From contig CM052817.1 of the NCBI GenBank assembly GCA_028534125.1, positions 96,536,001 through 96,600,000 of the forward strand: DNA of 64,000 nt. Direction: 5' to 3'. This stretch comes from Lama glama (taxonomy: Eukaryota). A program made the position numbers and the translations under genes. The notes under the pieces are model-generated. The model did no database searches, was not told the DNA's origin, and saw only the letters and a program-made list of their open reading frames with translations. Shown here one piece after another: positions 47,621-61,322 of the stretch (the first letter of the stretch is position 1; every line of letters begins with the position of its first letter).

Positions 47621-49084
47621 GTTAAGACTAAGTGGGGTTTCAAAAAGGGGTTATACTTGTTGGTTTTTCATCTTCTTAAACATCTTTTATCCACCCACTT
47701 CACGTCCTCACTGCCACCAACCTTGCTAATGCTACCAGTATATCTTCCCCGGAATGGTGCCCTCTCCGTCCAAGTAGAAGGCACCACGCACAATGTAGTC
47801 TGCTTTTTGTTTTACTTTTTAATGGATAACTTCAACCAAATGTACCCTAGGCATAATGTAATTTAACTAAGTCCATGTGCCCAACTATATTTTCATCTTT
47901 TATGCTGACGTTAATTTATTTTAGAATAATTTATTTCAGAATTTTAAGTTGAAGGTCCTAATTGCTTGTGACAAAAAATAAAAACTGATAAAATCTCTCC
48001 AGATTTTTTCCCCTCAAAATGCATGCATACATACATACAATAATAGAAAATACACAAAAATCAACTGGCCAAAATTAAATAAGAAGGCCAAAATTCATCT
48101 TCAACCACTAAAATCAATTTAGAGCTTTTAGAGTCAGACTTAGAACATCACAGTTTCCCGTGATTTGTGATGACAGTCAGATCCTAGCAGGGGCCTCAGG
48201 CTTGTTACAGTATTGGACCTCGGCTTTAACTTCTCCATTCAATTAGCAATAAAATAATTTCTAATTTTTGTTCAATATGAAGCCCATAAAATTCTAGCCT
48301 GCTAATGGACAAATATGTTTTTAAACAGATATTTGGTCGTACTCTTGGTCAAATCATGGTTCCTCGGAATCCAACAATGTATCAAAGTATAATTTCTAAA
48401 TCTGTTATGGCATCAGGGACAAGGATTTAAACCAGGTTAAATCCTGCTAAATCTAAATTTTGCTGTATTTACATTCAGGATAGAATCTTTTTAAAAATTT
48501 TAATTAATTTCTACTTCTCTGTTCAGTTTTCCTGAAAAAAATGAGAGCACAAGACAGGAAAATTTTAATATGATAGATTTCACCCTTATTAGCCTTTAAG
48601 AAAACAACTTCTGTAAATTTATTAATCAAAGCTAAATTTTCTTTTCTGCAGCCTTTGTCTTTTAGTTTGTCTAAAAGACAAATTTGTCTAAACTTTAATC
48701 TTATATTATATGCATTTCTCTACTGCCATTATCATTTCTTAACATATAGAAACCAGGACTGCATGAAATAGTCCAGATATTTATTCACTTTATTTTTGAA
48801 AACTGATTTCTTTAACTGTCGCAACTCCAATAATTTTCATTAGCATTCCTCATGTGCCACCATCCACACACGGGCAACACCCGATAACTTTCTTCCACCT
48901 AAAACTGCCCCATGACAAAACTATTAATCACAAGCATCTCTCCTCCTGACCACAGTCTCCTGATTTTCATTTTCTCTTACTCTGTACTCTCATTTTACTT
49001 GTTCTTCTACTTCAATGAGGTCATTAGACTTTTTCTATATTTTCTCCTTTTCTATTAATTACTTATTTAACCTAAAACTATACT

Positions 49085-49620
49085 ACTGTGGATAGAAAAT
49101 ACTGAGAAAGTAAAAGAGAGGTAAGAGATGAGGTTTGGAAAATCAGGAACAGATGCAGTTACACAGGGACTTTCTGGACCTGCAAAGCTGTTGGGATTTT
49201 ATGCTATGGAAAGATTTTATTCTATGGAAATTTTATTAAAATCCACTTAAACATAAAGGTGACAATCTTAATTATAATTTTAAAAGATCATTCTGGCTCT
49301 TATAGAAGGAGAAGAGTGTAAACAAGGGGTCCAATAAAGAGGATAATATAGAAATCTGGGTAGGAAATGATAGCATGTTGGACTTGCGTGATGATAGTGA
49401 AGATGAAGAGGAATTAATAAATGCAGTATGTATCTTGGAGATACAATAAACAGGATTTGTTGATGGATTAGCTGTGAAAGATGAAAGGAAAGGTCTTAAC
49501 TGATGACACCTTAGTTCTGAGTTTGCATTAATGACTGATTAGTGATGCCATTTATTGATATGGAGAAGATTTAGTAAAGGCTTGTTTGGGGTGAATAATC
49601 AGGAATTCCATTTTGAGAGG
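49085..49620 (-). mobile_element. L2 LINE fragment
   Basis: Purine-rich antisense L2: TTTTAAAAGATCATTCTGGCT, CAGGATTTGTTGATGGATT, GTGATGCCATTTATTGA. Confidence 0.75.
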
Positions 49621-49804
49621 ATTCTGGCAAGGTAGCAGTGGCAGGAAAAGCATGTTTTTATCCTCACCAAAACCCAGGCATAAAAAGAGTAGAGTTCACT
49701 AGACAGCAAAACTAAATAGGCAGCAGCTAAAACAAAACTAGACGACAAGGTACCTTACAAATCCCAAAATACTAGTGAATGGACACGTACCATCCATATC
49801 TGTA

Positions 49805-52140
49805 ATGCTATATATTCATGAGAGATATTGGTCTTTATTTTTTCTTTTCTGCACTGTTTTCATCTGCTTTTAGTATTAAGATAATAGTAGCTTCATATTG
49901 TGAATCGGGAATTATTCCCTTCTGTTCTGTTTTTTGGAAAAGCCTGCCTAGAATTGGTGTTAATTTTTCTTTGAACTTTTGGTTGAATCCTCCAATGGCC
50001 TAGAGATTTCCCTTTTGGGGAGACTTTTAATTAAAATTTTATTTCCTTAATAGTTAAAAGCCTATTCAAATTAGCTATTTCAAACTGCGTGAGTTGTAGT
50101 AGTTTGTATATTTTTGAAGGAATTAGCTCATTTCACCTGAGTTGTCACATGTATGCAGATGGAGTTTATTGTGGCATTCCCTTATTATCCTTTTAATATC
50201 TGTAGGATCTGTAGTGATAGTAGTCCTGTTTCAGTGCCTGTAGTATTGTTACTGGTAGTATTTTAATTTTATTTCTCTTTGCAAAACATCAACTCTTCAT
50301 TACACTCATTTTTTTCTGGTTTTTGTTTTCAATTTTTATTTATTTCTGCTCTTTATATTTCATTCTTTCTGCTTGCCTTGAGTTTATATTGCCATTATTC
50401 TTCCAATTGATTGTGGTGGGAGCTCAGATTATTGATATGAGACGTCCCCTTTTCTTATGTACATATTCAAGGATATAAATTCTTCTCTCAGTATTGTTTC
50501 AGCTCTTTCCCACTATTTTCATTTTCATTCAGTTAAACATCATTTTTTATTTCCCTTGAGAACTCTTCCTTGATCTAAGGATAATTTAAAGGTATGTCGT
50601 ATAATTTCCAAATGTTTGGAGATTTCCCCATTCTTTCTGTTATTGATTTCTAGTTTGATTTCACTGTAGCTACAAGAGCACACTCTGTATAATTTCAATT
50701 CTTTCAAGTGTGTTGAAGTTTATTTTATGGCTCAGAATATTCATTTTGCTGTTTTGGGGTGTAATTTTAGACAAATACCAATCAGATACTATTGGTCAAG
50801 GGTGTTGTTGAGCTCTTATGTATTCTTGCTGATTTTCTGTCCAGTTTTCCTATTAATTGTTAAGAGAGGATTTTTAAAGTCTCTAAATATAATTGTGATT
50901 TGTCTATTTCTCCTTTCATTTGCATCAGTTTTGGTTTCATATATTTTTCAGCTTTGTTAATAAATGCATATACATTTAGGATTGCTATGTATTCTTGGTG
51001 AGTTGACCTATTTACCATTATATAATAATCTTTTCTGTCTCTGGTGGTTTTCTTTGTTCTAAAGTGAACTTAATCTGATATTAATATAGCAAACTGAGCT
51101 TTTCTTTGATTAATGTGTGAATGATGTTTTCTGCCTTTTTACTTTCAATCTGCCTCAGTGGTTATGATTGAAATGAATTTTTAATAGACAAAACATAGTT
51201 GGGTCATTTTATTCAATCTGCCCATCTTTGTCTTTTAATTGGCATATTTAGACCATTTATATGTAACATAATTATTGCTAGGACTTGTATCTGTCATTTA
51301 AATTTTCATTTCTGTTTATTCTCTTTGGGTTTGTTTTTTTCTCTCTGTTTCCTTTTGTCTGTCTTCAGTGGATTACATGAACATTTTTAGAACCCATTTT
51401 GAATTATCTATATTTTTTTTAGTACCTAACTTTTTCAGTAGTTGCTATAGATGTTACATTATCTATCTAGATGATGTAATTATCCAGAGACATTATCTAG
51501 ATATTATATTAATTATATATATTTACTATATATCACAGCTCTTCTAACATAATTTAGAAAACTTATGAGTAGAAGGAAAGCCTATTTTAGTTACCCATGT
51601 TTTAATTTACTTTGTTCTTCCTTCCTCCCTGATTTTTCTGTGGTTCTTTCTTTTATCATATTGTTTCTGTTTAGAGAACTTCCATTATAGGCTAGATCTG
51701 CTGGTTTCTATTTTTCTATCTTCAAGTTCACTGATTCTTTCCTCTGTCACATCCATTCTGCTGCTGAGTCCATCCACTGAACTCTGTGTTTTGGTTATTG
51801 TATTTTTCAGTTTAATTTTTTTCATTTGATTCTCCTTATATCTTATATTTCTTTGTTGAGACTTTCAACTTTTCCATTTGTTTCAAGCATGTTTATAACT
51901 TCCTTTTTGATCATTTTTTTAATCACAGCTGCTTTAAAATCTTTGCCAATCTAACATCTTTGTCATCTTGTTATTGGCATCTATTGATTGTCTTTCTCAT
52001 TCAGTTTGAGAACTTCCTGCTTCTTGGTATGATGAGTGACTATGAATTAAGAACCTAGACATTTTTCTATTATGTTATGAGACTGTATATTATTAAATCT
52101 TCTGTTTTAGCTGACTTTCTCTTAAACTGCTCAGGGAAGG
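49805..52140 (-). mobile_element. Old L1M with ORF2 and ORF1 remnants
   Basis: ATATTCATGAGAGATATTGGTCT..., TCTGTTATTGATTTCTAGTTTGATT, TCTTCAAGTTCACTGATTCTTTCCTCTG. Confidence 0.85.
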
Positions 52141-52569
52141 AGCAGTTTTGTTCATCTCCATATCCTTAGTCATAGTGTAATGCAAGGTACATTCCTTCAA
52201 TCAGTATTGAATGAATTAATGAAAGAAAAAATAGTCCTTTTATGAACCTAGTCTTTTCAGTATAAGTCTATGTTTACAAATAATCTTTTTTATTAATAGA
52301 TGTGTGGTTTGACTGAACATAATGGTAATCATCCATACCATAGCAAATTTATATTAGCCCCTAGAAGTAAAATTAAAATCACCTGCACAATAATCCCAAC
52401 ATTCAATAAGTGCCATTAAACATTTTTAGTTTATACTCTCCCAGTCTTTTTTTCTGTGTTTATGTGTGTATAAGGGGGGAAAATCTTGAAAGTATTAAAA
52501 TAATGTATTTTCATTTCTCTTTTGAAGCTTTATACATGAGGCAGTTTAAAATGAGACTTCTTCAAATAT

Positions 52570-52820
52570 GAGGCAGTGTAGTGTAGTGAAAAGTGTATAG
52601 GCTGTGAGTGTCTCAGTTCAAATCCTGTCTCTACCACTTATAAACTATGTAAACATGGACTAGTTATACAACTTCTCTGAACCTCAATTCAGTAGTAAAA
52701 GTGGGGATAATGACAGTATCTATTCTGTGGGATTATAATGAGGGCTAAATGAATCAATATTTGTGAAGTGTTTAAAATTGTGCCTTGCATCAATTAAGTG
52801 CTATAAAGGCACTAGTTAAA
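52570..52820 (+). mobile_element. MIR SINE, near full length
   Basis: GGCAGTGTAGTGTAGTG...GTTCAAATCCTGTCTCTACCACTTA...GGGGATAATGACAGTATCTA...AAGTGCTATAAA. Confidence 0.85.
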
Positions 52821-54789
52821 GACATAAAATAAATCATCATTATTCTCTGCATGCTTCTCATCATAACATCCTGAAAAATAACGTATGTAGACAGACTCCC
52901 AGCCAGACTAGAAAGGAAATGAAAGAAAAAGAAAACACTTCCATGTCTGAAGGAAAGAGGAAGTTATGAAAGGGACAGAGCAAGGAGGTCAAATTCCAAA
53001 CCTCCGTGGGATATGGGGAATGAACTGCAGAGACACTCAAATAAATATCAAAGAATAGCAGAACATCAAAGCTAGCGTCCCCCTCTTCCAGGTGTTGTCA
53101 AGGGAAGCAGCAAACTCAGAAGCCTTGCCTTCAGGCTGGGGCCACACCCAATATGGTGCAATAGTAGCAGTGCTTCACTATCAGAGCAAAGTGTAAGAAA
53201 AATTTCTCCCACGTTTTATGTGGGATGAAGAAAACCCAGATGTTTTCTAATACGCCTATCCCAGGGGGAAGACTGGTGCCAAAAAAGAGACCTGGAATCT
53301 TAGCAAATAGAGATTTCTGAGATTTAGCCCTTCAAAGCAGAGTCAAGGACAACTGATGATCAATGGTAGAAGACGGTATCATAGGCCCAACAGGCAGGTG
53401 GGACCAAGCACCTCAGCAACAGGTCCATGAGAGAAAGGCCAACGCCAAGGGCAACTGGGTGACATCTCTTATGTTGATGAAAATGTAGGAAAATAGGCAC
53501 TCTCATACCCAACTGAAAAGAATGCAAATTGTTACCACTTTATGAAGGGTAATTACAAAAAACCTACTAAAATAATTTTAGTTTATATATTAAGCCAGAA
53601 AACACTTAAATATACAAAGATTTTCATTTAAGGTTAGTAAAATTTAACTGTATACACAGACAGCAAAAGACTGAAACCCAAAATGTTAACAATGCTGGGA
53701 GGCGGATGAAGAGTATTATATTTTTAATTAGAATATTTTCATATACTCTGTTTCCTACAAATCTTTTAATAGGTTCTGTTTCCTACAAGAAACATCTATA
53801 GATTCTTAAAAGGAGGAAGACAGTCTTTATAAAAACCACACTCTCTTATCTTTAATCCTCTTCCAAGTTAAGGCAGTCATTTTTCTGGAAAGCCTGTCAA
53901 GAAAAAGATAACCAAGGTTCTAAGCCTGTAAGCTAAGAGATCAGACGCTCATATTTGAAATCCAACAAAGATGCAACCACACCTTAAATTCAAACTAGAA
54001 ATAGTCATTAGCTTCCCATATGTTATTATTGTATTCATCACTTGCCATTTAACTGTGCATAACTGACTATGCAGATTATTTAGAAAAACATTAATATAGA
54101 TAAATGGAAGAAGTAATTTCTGGGATATTACACCATCAATATTCCCTTCTTCAGAAAAATACTGTATATCTCTGCCTTTTATTTCTTGACAGGAAACAAA
54201 GACTTTATGGGGAGGAGGAACCCCAGAGTCAACGATGAATTAATTTTTCTTACTAAAGCTTATGAGTATTTTTCAAAGATTAAATAAATTATGTTTTCTG
54301 GTCTAACTTTATTCTGCTGCTTATTTGGCCTCTTCAAAGAATTCTAATAGAAATGACTCTGCAGATAAGTCTTAGTTTTTGTTTTAGTTTCAGTTATAAT
54401 GAGGTTTTTTTACACATTTCTGTTGACCAAACAACTTCTCAGAAGTTTTGGTGTGGGAGAGGGCCTCTTAAATGTTTTTGAATCCATTATGTGAAATGAA
54501 ACCATCTGCAACCTTTTCAAAGCAAAAACTCAAAGAAGAACAGTCATCTGATAAGGAAAGCAGTAAAACTGGACATGAAAATACTGGTGGTGAACATGGT
54601 CTAAAAGAACCCTCACTTACGAAGGTTCTTAAGGCCACTTAGTCTCTCCCCACTCCCATTAAGTCAAATATGTCAAGCGAATGTAATTCGATCTGAGTGG
54701 CACTAATAGCAAACTGCTGATTGGACCAGATTCTCAAAAGCTTGCAATATTGGTCACCAAATAGCCAGAGACTAAAAAACACTAGATAT

Positions 54790-54895
54790 GATCTTATTAA
54801 GTTAGTATGGGGTAAGCCCAAGATCCTGCATTTCTGACAAGCTACCAGGTGATCCCATTGTTGCTGGTGCAAGGATCAGACTCTAAGTAGCAAGG
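54790..54895. mobile_element. MER5-family hAT-Charlie fragment
   Basis: CTGCATTTCTGACAAGCTACCAGGTGAT...GCTGGTGC...GTAGCAAGG. Confidence 0.7.
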
Positions 54896-55127
54896 CTCGA
54901 GAGATAGTGAAGGAGAAAATTTTTATACCACTGTCAAAAACTGCTGAAATTCTGTAGATGAAAGAGCTACAAAACCTAGAAAGCTCTGTATCTTCTCAAT
55001 TTTGCTGCAAACCTAAAAATTCTCTAAAAAATAAAGTCTTCATAGATGATGATGATGATAAAGATGCTAGACAGCTAGAATTATTTTCTTATACATATTA
55101 TTTATATTACATATATGTATGTATACA

Positions 55128-55130
<3 letters not shown>

Positions 55131-55172
<42 letters not shown>
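55131..55172. repeat. (GT)21 microsatellite
   Basis: Directly visible. Confidence 0.95.
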
Positions 55173-55175
<3 letters not shown>

Positions 55176-55984
55176 GTACATACATACAGGAGAGCGGGGT
55201 TGCCCAGCTCACCAGGATTCTCCCAGTCACAGGAGCTGAGCTCCTTGTCCTACCTTCTGGTAACATGGATGACTGGAATCAATGTAGAGATAACATTCTC
55301 TGTCTGATTCAAATTCTTTCACCCAGGAATTTAAAAACCTAACTGAAGACAAAGCCTCTACCACCCGTCCCTCCCCAGGCTGAGTTGTATAGTTCTTCCA
55401 CCAATCATGTAAGCTGCCGATATTCCTTCCCAAAGTTTGCATTCAACAACCATTTCCTCCATGAATCTTGTTTTGGTTTTGTTCTATCATCTCTGAATAA
55501 AAGGATCCATAAACAAGTGACAAAGAGTAGAAATAATGAAAACAGGCACCACTTATGCAACACCAATAGCCGGCATTCTTGTTCCCTATTGTTTATTGTC
55601 TGTTGAGTGAAGATCGTGTACCCTCTGGGAAGAGCCCAGACAGGGATTCTGTTGGTGTTGGCACAATGCCTAGAGCTGACAGTCACGGCGGAGCTCAGCT
55701 CTCACGCACCTTCCCTTCTGTGGGTAGCGAACAGTATTAACATGCTGGAAAGGGACTCCAGGAGAGTGGAGGAAGCAATACGGAAATCAACAGGTAAGGA
55801 GAAGGGTAGGGACGTCAGGAGCAGGAAAAATAATTCCATGCTCCAGCAGTTCAAATGAGGCACTCTCCACTTTGTGGACTATGCCAGCACTCTGTCATTG
55901 ATGTAAGTTTGGGGGCTTGGAAAAGACTTTTTACCCGGACCAAGAACTCAGTATGAAGCTGCATCAGTAATTGAAATTAGAGTG

Positions 55985-56132
55985 GTAACTATGTGAAGTA
56001 ATGGATATGTTAATTAGCTTGTTTGTAGTGATTATCTCATAATGTATATGGATGTCAAAACATCAACTTATACAACTTAAATGTACCATTTTTAGTTGTC
56101 AATTATACCTCAATAAAGTAAAAAAAAGAAAA
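55985..56132 (+). mobile_element. L1MA-type extreme 3' end
   Basis: GGTAACTATGTG...GGATATGTTAATTAGCTTG...GTCAATTATACCTCAATAAAG followed by an A tail. Confidence 0.85.
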
Positions 56133-57314
56133 ATTATAACTGAACTGTCCTATGGGTGATCACTAGACTGTGTGCAGGATTTCTACAAGCAGAAATGGTC
56201 TGACTCACCACCACAACCACCATTACTACCATAAAAGTTTTCAGTATTTAATCTCTTCAACTTTTCACAACGTAGCATCATTTAGGTGAGCAAGATGTTG
56301 AGAAACAACATTATCCCTCCTTTAATGAGCACCACATTCAGGTCTACTGTTCACTCCTCAATGAAATCCTTTAACTGGCTGTTTATTCTGAGATTTCAAA
56401 ACATTTTGAACAAGTCAGGGCTGAAACCAACAAATAAATTCATAGACGAATGCCCAAGCATGAAGACCACATAACTAAGGAAGAGGGGGCAAGAAGCAGG
56501 TTTGTTTGCCCCAAATCCTTAGGTAGCTGCTTCTTCCTTTCCTTCCTTCACGCGCTCACAGAGTTTTACGGATGAAGAGGATTTGAAGATGAATTGTAGG
56601 AAGGAGGATGTAAACTCCTAAATATCGGAATTTCCTCAGAATAAAGAAAGCGATGGGAAGTTGTAGGCATCTTCTTGGCTTTAAGATGCTCACAGGGCAC
56701 GTCTTGTTCCCTTCAGCTAGGATGGGTCTGTTTTTACAGTTCCTGTCCTCCTGATCTCCCCCAAAAGGAGATGAGGTATCTTCTCCCTTCCCAGAAGCTT
56801 GAGAATACCCAACTTTCATCCAGAGGTCAGAATAAAAACAACCCGCAGTGTGTAGCTGTTATCTCTCTATAAATCCAGTAAATTCAAGAGGAGAATGACA
56901 AACAGGAGTCCCTAGAGATAGTGATTTGAAGATTCCTTTGGACTCTGCTTACCTGAAGGAAAGATTTAAGAATAAACACAAAGTAGATGAGAACTGCAAG
57001 AGAAAGTAACCCAGATGCCAGCTGAGGCCTCCCTGGCCCCTAGAGAACTGGATATGATTGAGTCAACCCCCCATTTTCATGTGCTGTGCAAACCCAAATC
57101 CTTCCCCAAGATAACTGTAAATTTGGGTGAGGGGAGGGACCAATATGTTTCAATGACCTCCAGCTACAAACCACTGCTTCCTTAGTTTGCTGATCACTTT
57201 GCCTTCTCAAAGGTGCTGTCTCTCTTCTGAACTGCATCAAAGTGCAGCATCAGCACTAGTCTTAATTTCTTCACCTACTTACATGCACATTCTCTGTGCG
57301 TATGTGACTCCCTT

Positions 57315-57352
57315 TCTCTCTCTCTCTTTCACACACACACACACACACACAC
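57315..57352. repeat. (CT)n(CA)n microsatellite
   Basis: Directly visible. Confidence 0.9.
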
Positions 57353-57671
57353 CCCTTGCTAAGAAATAAGTGACTCTGGTATATTTTAAGAGTTTTCCAG
57401 ATATTGGGGAGAAACTTTTAAAGATCTCCAAGGACCTCTGTACCAAGTATATTTCTATAGCTGACTTGATCTGTACCTGATCGCTCAGCCCCAAGCTGTC
57501 TCATACATGCGACCTCACTTCCTCCTTCTCCCTTCTCATTTTCTCACTCAAGAGCAAAAACACATTCCTTATATTGCCTCATGCAAAGCAATTTGGTCAT
57601 CACCTTTACTGCATTGACTCCGATCTTCACCATGTCCTCGGGATCTCACTACACAGCACAGCACTCTAGGG

Positions 57672-57831
57672 CCATGGTTCTTGACAGTGGTCACCAGAAC
57701 GGTGGCATCAACATCACCTAGGAACTTAATTCTCAGACCCCATTCCAGACCTACAGCCTCAGAAACTCTGGAATCTGTTTTATCACATCTGCCGGGTGAT
57801 TCTGATGCACACTGAAGTTTGAGAGCCATTG
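57672..57831. mobile_element. MER5A
   Basis: GCATCAACATCACCTAGGAACTT...CCCCATTCCAGACCTAC...GGTGATTCTGATGCACACTGAAGTTTGAGAGCCATTG. Confidence 0.85.
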
Positions 57832-58811
57832 CTTTAGGGAGTTAACAGTCAAGGGACTGGTAGAGGAAGAGCTGCCAATGAAAGAGATGGAGAAAAAAAG
57901 TTTCCACAGTAGAACTGTTTTCCGTGTCAGTGCCAGCAAAGTGGCTTGAAGGGAGGGAAGTTTAGTCACCACCACCACCACCCCCATAATCTCCTGTCAC
58001 TTAACCAATGTAGCTTCAAGACAAATGGCCCATCTCCCAATTCCTACTAGATTGCTACACTCTTCCAACAAGCACCTTCATAAAAAAAGTCTGAAGCTGC
58101 CAATGATTTCTTTAGTGTTGCCGTAGCTATTACATAGGCTGACGGTATCATATTCAAAGACAGTATATTTATAATCAGACAATAATTGTTAAAAATAAGG
58201 AGACGGTGGTTGCATACAAATAGTACAGAAACCAACAAGGTAGTTGACAATTAGTGATTAGTTCTAGCTTCTTTTCATACTATAAATCATAGCCTCTTTT
58301 CTCTGTTTCTTTTCTATAAATTGGAGCACAGAGCAAATAATATATTCAAAAGACAAGCTAGTTTTGGCCTCAGATTCTAACAGTAAATCATACCAGACAC
58401 TGGCCAGTGGATAATTATTTTGTGACTTAACCTAGCACAAAGTTTTTTGGGTTGCTTCCATCCATGATCAAGATCAAACATTGCAAACAAACCTCACAAA
58501 AGGTACCACACAGCCAGCAGCTTCAGAGGAAACAAAAGGCAAAAGAGTATGTGGGAGGGAAAGCTGGAGGAACTTAGAAGATCCCATGACCTAGGTTCTC
58601 CCCTACCCCAATTGGAAACAGCAAAAACAAACATCTTTCATAATTTAGGCAACCAGTGAGTTGTCTCTTGGCCTGACATTAAATGTTTTATGCCTATAAT
58701 AAATACTGTTGTAACTATAAGAGCAAAGGTGGTCTGTAGGACTTTTCAATGGTGTTCAAAATATTCTTTTGATTTTCTAACATATTTCATATGTCTTCCT
58801 ACATATTGATG

Positions 58812-59305
58812 TCTGGATTAGTTGTATATTGCTACAGAAGAAATCTGCAAAATTTAGTGGCTTAAGACAACAAATATTTATTATCTCACATCATTTCTGG
58901 GTTCAGGAACCTGGGAGCCATGTAGCTGAACAACTGTGGCTCTGATTCTCTCATGAGGCTATAGTCAAGTTGTCAATCAAAGCCATGTTAGAAAGCTTTA
59001 CTAAGGCTGGAGGATTCGCTTCCAAGATGGTGTACTCACACGGCGATTTTGCAGGAAGCCTCAGTTGTTCAACACAAGGGCATCTCCATATGGCTGCTCA
59101 CAAAATGGCAGCTAACATCCACCAAGTGAGTATTCCAAGACAGAGCATGGAGCCCCCTATGACCTAGTTTCTAAAGTTGCATACTGTTATTACCACTTTA
59201 TTCTTTTTGATGGAAGTTAGAGACTAAGTAGAGCCCACACTCAGTAAGATGGGATGGGAAGGGAGGCGTATTAAAGAATTTGTGGACACATCTACAACCG
59301 TCACA
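58812..59305 (-). mobile_element. MaLR MLT1 (F-like) solo LTR
   Basis: AAATTTAGTGGCTTAAGACAACAA, GGCTGGAGGATTCGCTTCCAAGATGG, AAAGAATTTGTGGACACA. Confidence 0.85.
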
Positions 59306-59399
59306 ATATTTTTAAAGGTTTATTGGGATTTTCTCCATGAATATTTCACACTCCTTCAAATTTTATGTATTTATTTTTTAACAAAACTCACCAATAATC

Positions 59400-59940
59400 A
59401 GTAACAGTGACTGCACAAATCTACACATGTAATAAAATGGCACAGAACTCTACATGTATTGTAAAACATCAGTTTTGTGGGTTTGCTAGATATTTAAGTA
59501 AAATGTACTCATGGCTGCTTCATACTATCTTTGCAACTTCCCGTGATTCTTTAACTATCATACATAATATTCTTGAAATGACAAAATTTTAGAAATAAAC
59601 AATTAAAGGTTACCAGGGATTAGGAGCAGGAGAGGGTGTGGGATGGAAATGAACATGGTTAGAGAAAGGCAAAATGAGGGATCCTTGTGGTGACCTAACT
59701 GATTTTCATCTTGACTGTTGTGTAGAATGGGTATATATGAGTACAAATAAAACTAAGGAACTATGAATAAAATTGGTGCATTTTATCAACATCAATATCT
59801 TGTGATACTGTACATTGTAAGACATAACCATTGGGGAAATCTAGGTAGAATGTATTAGGTAATCGGATCTCTCTGTAGTGTTTCTACAACTTCATGTGAA
59901 TCTGCAATTCCATTAAAATAGAAAAGTTTACTTTAAAAAA
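59400..59940 (+). mobile_element. L1MC/MD 3' fragments
   Basis: GAGGGATCCTTGTGGTGA, AACCATTGGGGAAAT, TACAACTTCATGTGAATCT. Confidence 0.7.
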
Positions 59941-61184
59941 TTACATCTTCATAAACCTGTCTTTGTAACCAAATGCGAAATGTGCAAAGACATTTGTACT
60001 GAACACTTAACTAATATTTTGCTCTTACAATCACGTTAGCTGGAAAGCTTTAACAAAAATGCAAAGTTGGAGCATTAAGACTCCCCTCTAGGAGAAAGGA
60101 ACCACATGATTCCTAAAGATTTAGAACATCCCAAATAATGAAGAGTATTGCTCTAGCCTGGATCCCTACTAGGAAATGCAAGATAAACAAAGGCTGCATA
60201 CTAGTATAAAGTCTAATACAGTTGTCTTTTAAGAAACTAACAACAGCAATAAAATTAGGACAGCTTGCTAAAGACTAGCCTATGCATGTGAGTATACATA
60301 AGACCTGAACTGCCTCAATAGATTTTTCCAGGTAGTCACTTTAAGCCAGTTTTGTCTTCAGTCTTTACAGGAATGTATATGTGTATCTATCTGTCATTAA
60401 GTGTCCATCTGTCTGTCTTATGGTATAACTGTGTTCCTTTTCCTAGTTCTACATCAACCAGATTGATGGCATTATTATTAATTCAGCCTTTTATTCTTGT
60501 GGATTCTAACACTGACTCCTCAAGTTTCCTCTGAAAACTTTAAAATAATATATTTTCTTTCTGAGAAATACTAAGTGTTCTGACCTCCTCCTTTATATTG
60601 CTGATATTAAAAAGTTATTAGGCATATTTTTTCAAATAGCCTGATTGTAATTATTTGCCCTTACAAATTAATCTTTATAAGTAGGGATAAAACAAATGAA
60701 GTTCACTTTTGTTAAGGTTTAGATAATTCAGATTTAATGAAAGCTATCATGTAAAGTTGTTGATATTTTTTATCTAGAGTATTACTAAAATTTTTAAGAA
60801 ATGCTTATTTTTGAATAGTGTTTTGCATGTAAAACATTCTCAAGAAATAAGTTAAATATTGAAAGTCATTATCTCAGATGATATAATTCACAATGATTTT
60901 AATTTTCTTTTTTTATCAAAAATGTCTTATTTTTCAAATTTGCTACACCAAGCATGTGTACTTTTTAAGTCAAAAAATATGTTTTTGAAAACATTGATGT
61001 ATTACATTTTGTGTGATAATAGTCATAAAAAATAACATACTCAGCAAAATGATTAAAATGCCAACAGTGATTCCCTTCTGTTGAGCTATTAGTGATACTG
61101 TCTTCTATTTTTCAAATTTTTCATATTTTTCCTAGTGAGCATTTATTAATTTTGTAATGAAGAGATAACATAAGACATATTTAA

Positions 61185-61322
61185 GGGGTGGGAAGGGCAT
61201 AGCTCAGTGGTAGAGCACTGTGTTTAGCATGTACAAGGTCCTTGGTTCAATCCCCAGTACCTCCATTAAGATAAATAAGTGAACCTAATTACCTCCCCCA
61301 ACCACCCCCCAAATTTTTAAAC
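61185..61322 (+). mobile_element. Camelid tRNA-derived SINE (Vic-1-like)
   Basis: A and B boxes and the same body as the other two copies. TSD ACATATTTA at 61175-61183 and 61323-61331. Confidence 0.9.

Noticed and set aside
54958..55342. ORFs with VCVCVC runs
   Set aside because: Translation of the (GT)21 microsatellite.
55607..55800. + strand exon ending CAG|GTAAGG
   Set aside because: No good acceptor or ATG start and no recognisable product; an isolated donor is expected by chance.
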